Positions 55,254 through 64,000 of a stretch of 64,000 nt of DNA are shown here, piece after piece. Positions within the stretch are counted from its first letter, which is position 1. Every line of letters begins with the position of its first letter. Location: contig NMRA01000581.1 of assembly GCA_002633005.1 (NCBI GenBank), forward strand, positions 158,762 through 222,761, read 5' to 3'. Position numbers and translations under genes: made by a program. This DNA comes from Phoronis australis (lineage: Eukaryota > Animalia > Phoronida). Below the pieces are notes generated by a model. It did no database searches, was not told the DNA's origin, and was given only the letters and a program-made list of their open reading frames with translations.

Positions 55254-55421
55254 ATATATATGAACTGGTCTCATTGAGGTGCACAGCAAATAAATTAACT
55301 ATAACAAATTAAAGTTTTGAAAATATAAAGAGCAGTAACAGACTCCCTAAAAATTAGGCTTGTTTTCGAAAGGTTTGCGCCATTGGTGATCCGATTGGTT
55401 CAATCGCTTGCGGCGGGAAAA
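55254..55421 (-). promoter_or_regulatory. Cell-cycle-type promoter: E2F site, two CCAAT boxes and TATA
   Basis: TTTTCCCGCC (55412-55421), CCAAT at 55394-55398 and 55382-55386, E2F-like GGCGCAAA at about 55374-55381, TATATAT at about 55255-55261. Confidence 0.6.
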
Positions 55422-55592
55422 TTGATAGACCCAGTTATTGTGCGCGTGTACACTGTATCAATGCTTTGTATCTTATTCTTATTTGTCTAATCTGTTGATA
55501 CAGTAAATTTCCTTATTTATGCCCATCCTGATTTAACCCCGACTTGAGCTCCTTGGGTTTTACCATATTGGGGCTGTCCAGGGACTCACGTG

Positions 55593-55736
55593 CATGCGCG
55601 CACCCAGTCTTCAAAATGGGGGGCTCGAATTCCTGACGTTATGGAACTGTTGTTAACAAGAGAGCGGGCAGACCTTTTTGCCCACTTCGCCAAATGGGGG
55701 GGGGCTCGAACCCCCCCCCTCTGAGTTGCGCGCATG
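55593..55736. mobile_element. hAT-type MITE, 5-bp TSD ACGTG
   Basis: ACGTG|CATGCGCGCACCCAG...CTGAGTTGCGCGCATG|ACGTG. Confidence 0.75.
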
Positions 55737-56015
55737 ACGTGGTGCTTACTCGAATGAGTTTCATTTTAGCGGCTATTTCCAATTGTGTAGGTGAAGTAAA
55801 TTAACAAAGTGGATGATTATCATCACCGGTATTTCATCATTAGTATTTTTGTCGGCCTCTCAAGTTTTCCGTGGCTAGGGATTGTCACATCTGTAAGGTA
55901 GACGTGTTTCAGTGAACCTCCATGTTTGTGGCGTTATTTATACCTGACCAAACTTTGAAAAAGAAGCCCGCGTTTAAACCAGGAGCTGCATTGGGTGCAA
56001 TTTGTGTAGACGTTT

Positions 56016-56172
56016 CATGCGCGCACCCAGCCTCTAATACGGGGGCTCGAATCTCTGGCAAAGTGGACCTTTTGCTAACAAAAAGCGTGAGAACTAAAAT
56101 AAAAAACGGGGTGCTGCCGTATTGTGGACTTTCGTCTCTTTCTCTTGGACTTTTCCCCTGGGTGCGCGCATG
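56016..56172. mobile_element. hAT-type MITE of the same family, 5-bp TSD CGTTT
   Basis: CGTTT|CATGCGCGCACCCAG...CTGGGTGCGCGCATG|CGTTT (perfect 15-bp TIR). Confidence 0.8.
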
Positions 56173-56920
56173 CGTTTGTCTACGTTGCTAGTTTTTATAA
56201 AGGTGGGCCTGTCTGTAGCCAACTACGGTAAATTCATAAAAGGTCACGTGCAGTGCAACTCAAGTTCATTACAAATTAAAAATCCGAACTTTCAAACCGT
56301 TTGATCTGAGTTGACATCTCAAATCAAAATTATGAAAATGCCACATAAAAGTATGAAATTGAAAATTAGCACACGTCAGCTTCACGTCCCTACCACCCCC
56401 TTTATCTTGCTTGCTACCTCTTAGGGTTCATTTCCCTTGCTTCCGAGGTTTTTCGTTATTCTGGTATTTTCATAGACTGCAGCGTACTTGGCTAAGATGG
56501 TTCAAGTTTTGTGCGGCATACAGTCGACATAAATAATTGAGTATGTAACCTGCTGTTGAATTGCGGGATAGATTTTGACAGGTCCAGGTATTTATTTCTG
56601 AAGTATTAATGTAATCTTTATTTATGTTAAAGGTTTTACTAGCGTCCTATTTATTTGTACACGAATGTGAATTTGTTGAAATCGCTGATCCAAATCCTGG
56701 CCAAATCTGCGCATTATGCTGAGACCAACCGTCTGATCAGGGCCACTGAAGAGTAATTTGGTTAATTCGCTCACTAGACTATGGCTGAAGGTCCTCGTAA
56801 GGACAAGAGTTCACCAGTCACTACCATTGGAAGAAATTTAGCGGACATTTTTCGTCAAAAAGTTTACCAGATAGTTTTCATCAAAACGGAGAAAAGAAAA
56901 ATGGATTTGTGAAGACAGGA

Positions 56921-57142
56921 TTAAGTAGTAGGCCTACCAGAGCCTCTTAAAAAACACCCATCTTCGAAGTGACGTGAACAAATGTACAAGTTTTTTTTGG
57001 AAGAACAACTTCCATTCACGTCGACGCGAGAACATAACTTTTTCTCCCACAGCGGATTTTGGGGTCTCCGTACACTATGGAAGCTAACGCCTCTGCAATT
57101 CGCCTGCGTAGCCGAACAACCGGCCACACAGCAGCCGACCAT
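56921..57142 (-). CDS. THAP zinc-finger domain (N-terminal exon of a P-type transposase, or a truncated repressor-like product)
   Basis: MVGCCVAGCS...GVSFH...P...W...YICSRHFEDGCF, a complete C2CH THAP signature; no catalytic exons found downstream. Confidence 0.8.
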   Translation of the reverse strand: MVGCCVAGCSATQANCRGVSFHSVRRPQNPLWEKKLCSRVDVNGSCSSKKNLYICSRHFEDGCFLRGSGRPTT

Positions 57143-60037
57143 GATTAGCAGACGACGTACTTGCCGGAAATTACATCGGATAATTTAGCCAGGTGTCGCC
57201 AGTGAATAATGACGTAAGGGCTTGTGCGCAAGCTCAAAGATTTCGTCCATTGAAAGTATACGGAGTTGGCGGTCCATGCACTATAGTCTATGATTACACC
57301 GAAAAATAATTGTAAGATACTTACCTACGCATCCACCTACACGGCGACTAATATGGGCCTTACCGAGACAAATGTCGAAAGTTTTTAGCACGAGACCGGC
57401 AAGTGCTGAATGAAACACGCTCTGGTTTAGGCCTACTGCTTGTGCAAATTTCTTTAGACACATCTACTAGCTAGTTAATTAGATTGCGTGGCTCTGGCCA
57501 AAAGACGGTCTCTGCTTTGGCAAATGAACTCTGTGACACGCACGCGCTCGCTTACTCGCAGACGAACTTCAAAACAAAGTCACGTGACAACAACATGTGT
57601 GTTCGTCCAGTGGCAAAATAACCTTTTTTACTCTCGCGACATCTAGCGACCAGATAGCGTTTTGATGACATGCGCGTTAATAGAATGACCCGAGTTTTCA
57701 CAAGTGGAGGAGTTTTTATATAGGAAGTAAATACTTGCGGAGGTCGGTTTTCAAATTACACTGCAGTTGTATTCTTTGATAATTTGTAAAGGTGTAAACA
57801 AAAATACTCCAAGTCTATAGCCTCTGTGCTTATGATGTACCTCGCATTTTGCCTAATATAACATTCGATATAAGTAATTGGCTTGTAAAATGCACACTTT
57901 ATCTATTCAGCAGTCTTACACAGTAGGTCACAAAGCCGATGTTTTGTTTATTTAACGCTGCATGGTTGTCAATACTTGCATTTGAAGACAATATGTTCAT
58001 CTAATCAGATTTTGAATTTGTCAATGCCCCAATAACATGCAGTGCTGCGAACACAAACCAATTTGCAAATGTGAGGAACTGGCCGTACTAATCAGTGGCG
58101 GATCTATGATACCATGGCATAAGGGGGGCCCAACATGTTGCCTCGGGAAATTGTGCAAGGTGTGATTGGCGTAGGCAGCCCAAAAGGTGAGGGAGCCAGC
58201 CTGTGGAGGTGCACCTTCCGTTCAGTAAAATCTACCATTCGACTAAAAAAGGAGCAGCCACTCCGCGGCAACCTGGACGTTCACCGCTACCGGTCCTACT
58301 TCCTAGACTCAATATTTCCTCACGCTCCGCTCTGTTGCTCTTTCATTTTGCTTGCGGCAGCTAACGGGGGGAAGGGGGGAGCGGGTCGTGCTCCCTGGGC
58401 CCCCTAAATCCGCCTGTGCTAATTCCCGTGAATTCTAAAGGTGTTTCTTAAGTCAAGAGGTAGTTCTTCTTGGTAAATGGAAATGTAATCCTATCAAGGT
58501 AAAAACTATAAGAACATTTTATATGCGTAAAGCGAGGTCTTATTTCATTTCTTACAGCTAAATGGTGTGCAATGAAGCCTAAAGTCAAAAATAGAATGTA
58601 CATGTAGGCTAATTTCAACAATCTGAACACCATAAAACTTAGCGTAAGAAGAAATATTGCATTTACCATCAGAGTAAACAACATAGAATTTGTAGTTTGC
58701 AGGTGATTCATTTTATTTTACATTGTTTCATGACACATAAGAACTATGTTTAAGGATCTGTATTTCTAGATATACAATATTAGTTAGCATTGATGAGACT
58801 TATTCAAAGCAGGCACCTGCAGAACAAACGAAGTCTCAAACAACTGAGGAAGAATAAAAATGATCATTGTATAATTTGAAATAAAAATCTCATACACACT
58901 GAATAGAGGGCTATAGTCGAATATGGCATAACCAAACTTTTGAGAACCAGTTTGATGCCTATTATTTAGTGGAGAAACTAGTTCACAAAATGCGCCACAT
59001 CTGGCTTAACGCTGTGTCTTATCCACGTGCAACTCGCAATTTTCAACCTGTTGCAACATTTTGCGTACAAATACAAATTTCGAAATACATATTTTACAAA
59101 TGTTAGACTTTATTATTTAGAAAGACAAGGATACCCACTATAGTTTACATTTTCAGAAAAGAAATAGTTTTGCAATACAAATAATTACGTGCACACAGCT
59201 AAGAGAATGGCAAGTCAATGGGTAACTTGTTATTAAATAGGTGTAGCTTATAAATGAATGCCCCTCTGACTAAACTTGTTCTTATTGAAAAACATGCTTT
59301 TCCTTGTTCTGTGGATGTTGCTAAAGAGGGCTTCAAGTTATGCATTCAGCATTGCAGTGATTGCTCAAAACAACCAACCACCTTCCAAATGAACAACCCA
59401 TCCCCTCAAAACAGATGTATTTTTATCCTAAAATATAATTACAAATAATTTACACCAAAACAACAGCAACACTGAGTACTGAGAATGGATGTTTATTGTT
59501 ATCAAATATTGACTACAACTTGATGCAGAGTATGTTATAGAACATCATCAGTTGTGTTGTTGTCAACACTTTCCAACATTTGAGCACTTTGGAAATAAAC
59601 TGGCATCTAAACTGATGCGAAAATAATAAATAAGGCCAGTAGGTGACACAATACAACTTATCCATCTGAAAATAAAATAAGTACTGTAAATTTACAATGA
59701 TTGGTGAAATGCCTATAGATAAACATTAATTATTAAACAACATTTTTTCAATGTAGTAAACCCAGAATTCCTAACCCAAGTCCTTAGGAGTTTAAAATAT
59801 CACTAATATAGTTCTTGAGTCATTTGAATCGGGAATAGATCGTTTTCACGTGTTAGTACCAAGCAGGCCAATTGTAAAATACAGTCAACATCAAAGAGAA
59901 GCTGCAAACAAAAAGACTATTCCAAAGCATTAGAACAGCAACTAGATGAAAAAATGCATACTACTCACAACGTAAACACCAAGGAAAATATGATTATTGT
60001 TTTTTTAAGTGATATCCATTGCCAAATCTGTACAGGA

Positions 60038-62303
60038 GTTTTTTAAGTGATATATATTTATTGAAGAATACACAGAACATACAAAGAAATAATAATAAAC
60101 CCAGAAACCTCGAAGCATTATATCTGGGTTGTAAACAATTCATCAATGATACTTATATACATAGAGGTATATACAATTAAGTACTATCTATAATAAGTAT
60201 TCCAATAATTAGATATGCAATTACAGATATATAAAAGCAAAAATATGTACAGATTCATGTAGGGAAATCAGATGCAACAATATTGATAAACGGTACATAA
60301 AAATTTATTAACGTTGCTTAGGAGGAATTCGTTGAGAACGAAGTTGAAGTTTAGAACTATCATTCAATAATAATGTAACTCTAGTAGGGATATTATTACA
60401 AGAATTTAGAGCGTTAACAATTGATTGGTTTGCATTGAGTGCACGAAAGAGTGAGTCTCTCAGGTATTCGATGAGGGGACATTTGAAGAAAATATGAGGA
60501 TAAGATTGATGGTCACCACATTTACAGTTTGGAGAGACATTACTTAAGTTGTGCCTGAACTTGTCAGAGGTGAGGAAAACGCCACATGTTGATCTGTACA
60601 ATGCTATTTCGTTATCGCGGGTAAGGGAGAATTGAGTCAAGGGTGTTGAGTTATCAANATGAGGATAAGATTGATGGTCACCACATTTACAGTTTGGAGA
60701 GACATTACTTAAGTTGTGCCTGAACTTGTCAGAGGTGAGGAAAAGGCCACATGTTGATCTGTACAATGCTATTTCGTTATCGCGGGTAAGGGAGAATTGA
60801 GTCAAGGGTGTTGAGTTATCAAAATTATGAAAAACAGTTCTAAAGTTATTTTTATACTCGTAAAAGACTTGCTTTCCTTAACAGAGATTGGAAGAGAATT
60901 CCAGTTGTTGATGCACATGACTGTAGACCTTCTGAATGCCTGACTGAACGACGGGGGAATTGCATAAGGGGTGGAGGATCTCAAATCACTATGATGGCCT
61001 TGTCTAGTATATAGATCAAATATTTTTTTTAACAGACACATTGTTAACATTGTTTATTACCTTGAAAGTAAATGTGGTCATGTGAATATTGCGTCGAGTA
61101 GACAGTTTGGGCCACTTGAGACTATTCAAAACCTTAACACTATTGGATCCCCTGTCAGCTCCGGTTATGAGTAAGGCGGCTTAATATTGTAACTTCTCCA
61201 AATGTTGGAGTGCACCCGTATTGGCAGACTGATATATAATATCACAATAATCAATGTGTGGAAGTATAAAGGATTTGAACAAAACTTCTAAATGTGTAGA
61301 ATTCAGATGATGAGAGACAAGCTTAAGTGGGTTAATTAGTTCCTGAGTTTTTTGTACGAGCTCCCGAACGTGAGGGGTGAATGAGAGTTTTTCATCTAAC
61401 AGTATACCCAGATGTCTGTGCGACTGTTTTCTAGGAATGATTTCATCATTAAGTTTAAGGTCATAAGACGGGTCAACAAGAAAGAGAGCATTAATAGATT
61501 TGGAGAAGGTGAGGTCAACGCTTTTTTCTGGTTTAAAATTCATTCTTCATTCTTGTGACCAGTAGCTGAGTTTATTTAAGTCGTGTTGAAGCTGCAAAGA
61601 ACATTCAGGGCTGCTCCCTGCGAAGGGGTAAAAAGCGCCGTGTCATCTGCATAAAGGTATGTGCTACATGACAGGTTATCAGGAAAATCATTAATATAAA
61701 CCAAGAAGAGAAGAGGGCCTAATTCGCTACCCTGCGGTACACCTGCGTTTACAAATCGAGGAGGGGATAAAGTTGAAAGTACGCCGTCGACACGAACACT
61801 GTATGTTCTTTCGGAGAGATATGAGGTGATCACGTTTAAAAGATTACTAGTAATGCCATAGGATCGAAGTTTGTGAAGTAGAAGGTCGTGAGGGACACAG
61901 TCGAAAGCAGAAGCTATATCTAGAAAAATGGACCTGACACTCTCGCCCTTCTCAAAATATAAATGAATCTCATGTACTATTGCAACAAGTTGTGCCACGG
62001 TGCTGTTCCCACGCAAAAAAAAAACAAATTGACGATGATAGATCAAGTTGTTTTGTTTGAGAAATGTAAGAATACTTTGAGCAATGATCTTCTCGAAGAT
62101 TTTGGACAGGGTGTTAAGTAAAGTTATTGGGCGATAATTTGAAATTTCAGTTTTGGAGCCTTTTTTGTGTATAGGGACCATAATTCCATGTTTCCAAGAA
62201 GACGGATATATACCTATCTGAAGAAGTTTGTTAAACAGATTGGTCAGGGGCATGGTAATTTCGTTGGCAATCATTTTGATCATCTTACTGGTTATTAAAG
62301 CTG
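60038..62303 (-). mobile_element. 5'-truncated, disrupted non-LTR retrotransposon (CR1/L2/Jockey group)
   Basis: RT motifs NYRPITLLNTLSKIFE, FLDIASAFDCV, GVPQGSELGPLLF and YADD; C-terminal CxC..H..C; AATAAA plus a short A tail; TSD TCTGTACAGGA (60027-60037 / 62304-62314). Confidence 0.9.
60494..60822. repeat. 164-bp direct duplication around N60658; probable assembly overlap
   Basis: Copies 60494-60657 and 60659-60822 abut at a single N. Confidence 0.85.
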
Positions 62304-64000
62304 TCTGTACAGGAATTGACGATGAATGGTGTGAAAACAGTAGTTGACAAGCAGTAGAGAGTGACCTGTAAGCACTTAGACAAGCGCTATAAATTCTTTG
62401 GTTTCTTGTGATTTACAGTACGTATGTCCAGACAGACGCTGAGTGTCCCAATGACCACGGTAGTTGAATTGAACTACACGCTAATGTGTGTAACTTGGAG
62501 GTAAAATTTTCTTTTTGATAAATGTTTCATTAAATTCTCTACTGTCATTGTTGATTTTTGAGAAACTTTAACTGCAGTACCTATAGACGCACAGACTTAA
62601 TGGATCACAAATAGATAACATTGACGAATAAGGTGGCCTGGAAAGTTGACGTTATCTAACCTCAGATTTTTGTAGGGTGTGACAGGGAGTTTTTTCAAAT
62701 GTAGTTTTAATTTGCGATAGTATGTGCGTGCGTCAGAAATGCGGTTTGAGTTTAAAGTCAAACATTCAAACAACGACTTGTTAAGGTTCTTTGGTTGACT
62801 TAATGTTTAAATGTAACTTTATTCGTAGTTTGTCGACACAACTTGTTACACAAATAAACCAGGAAATATTATTAACATAACGCAAATCAATGACAACACA
62901 AACAACAGTTTGATAATTTCAGGAAAAAAATTAAACTGTAATTTAATAAATTTAATATATTTGGTGATAGAATGCCGAACTTACTCGAATTTGTCAACGT
63001 CGATTAGTTTTTCAAAACACCGTTTCAATGTGCCTGAAGTTTCTGGGCTCGAGCTTGGAGAAAAAAACTCCGGAAATTCAAGTTTAAATGAATTGTTGTG
63101 ATGTGCATTGAAACTAATCGTGATCGCCCAATCGGTTACAATCTCCAAAAGTGGCGTGCCCAGTGCATTTTCAGGCAATAATCGCTGAAAGTTTCATCAA
63201 TTTCCCCTCAAAACTAAAAAACTTTAGCAATCAAATGTGAATGACATCATAGGCTCAAATCACTTCCAAACAATTCAAGCGCAACCAAGAATGGCGAAAA
63301 CAAGATATCATCACCTTTAACCCAAAGATTTGAAACGAACACCTGGACACGTGACCACCAAAGTTAACACAAATTATTCTTACACCAGCCTGTTTTAAGT
63401 AAATTTTTGAATATTTTTCTGCACATTAGCAACCTATGGGAGATCAGTTGAAAAATGAATGGGTTTTATCCTGCCAAATAAGCATGTCATATTAAAGTTT
63501 AGTCGAGTCTCGACTCAAAAAGTGACCAATCACGCAGCATGAAAACTGGTAGTCACCAGGGCTGTGTTGTCAAAATACATCAAATAGAGAAGTGATTTAT
63601 TTACAGTGATGAAATAAACACTAATTTTCCTTATATAAGCTTGCATAAATACACAAAACGTACCGAGAGAGGCGTACATGAAGTAATATCCCGCGGACTC
63701 GGTCTATACGCGGAATAAGGTCTCGTGGGGTATTACTTTATGTACGCCAATCTAGGTACGTTTTGTAATTATTCCATACGCTTCGAATTCCCAAGTTTTT
63801 TTCATTTTTTCAGCAGATTTTGTAGGTACTTCACACAGTTTGTTCACGTGGCGGATCATACCCTATACTGTATGTACTTGCCCGTTAGGTTACATGTTTT
63901 CTCTACTAAAAGAAACAGTTTCAAATATGACGATTTACTACTTGAAAAGAGATAACAAAGATGAAAAAACGCTAACTTTGCATTGAACTTTTAACATCCC
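62304..64000. repeat. 3' flank of a fourth array unit (D); the next MFS copy is expected just beyond the window
   Basis: Collinear with 7677-9305 and 36121-37780, which lie about 500 bp before the stop codons of B and C. Confidence 0.85.

Larger units (their letters stand above)
54311..57292 (-). mobile_element. P-superfamily non-autonomous element with THAP exon and cargo gene
   Basis: TIR CATAGA(T/C)TATAG, 7-bp TSD ATTACAC (54304-54310 / 57293-57299), empty site at about 22181 in unit B, and a THAP ORF starting 150 nt inside the right end. Confidence 0.85.
33371..59994. repeat. Segmental duplication unit C
   Basis: Collinear with 5791-24932, plus private insertions at about 34118-35450, 46277-49775 and 54311-57292. 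Confidence 0.9.

Noticed and set aside
60308-60805. 165-aa ORF with an internal tandem repeat
   Set aside because: The repeat is the N60658 overlap artefact inside the LINE C-terminus.

Overview
Eukaryotic, AT-rich, intron-containing DNA that looks like a marine invertebrate genome; the taxon cannot be determined from the sequence alone. The backbone is a minus-strand tandem array of 4-exon MFS transporter genes of the MFSD4/NaGLT1 (FucP-like) family. Three complete 490-aa copies lie at 671-3868, 9806-13429 and 38282-41862, and the 3' flank of a fourth starts at about 60011 and runs off the window end. Copies B and C sit in large segmental duplicates offset by about 28.5 kb, so they serve as empty-site controls for each other. 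The spacers hold nested DNA transposons (Kolobok > Tc2/pogo > P/MULE-like > hAT-type MITE), a Sola3 derivative, a CR1/L2-group LINE and many TA>TACATGTA footprints. The most striking item is a young THAP-bearing P-element derivative (54311-57292). It carries an intronless non-histone PHD-like zinc-finger ORF, preceded by an E2F/CCAAT promoter and followed by two tandem canonical histone 3' stem-loops plus a purine-rich HDE-like element. This suggests transposon cargo using the replication-dependent histone mRNA (SLBP/U7) pathway. All alignments and family calls were made by eye without database searches.
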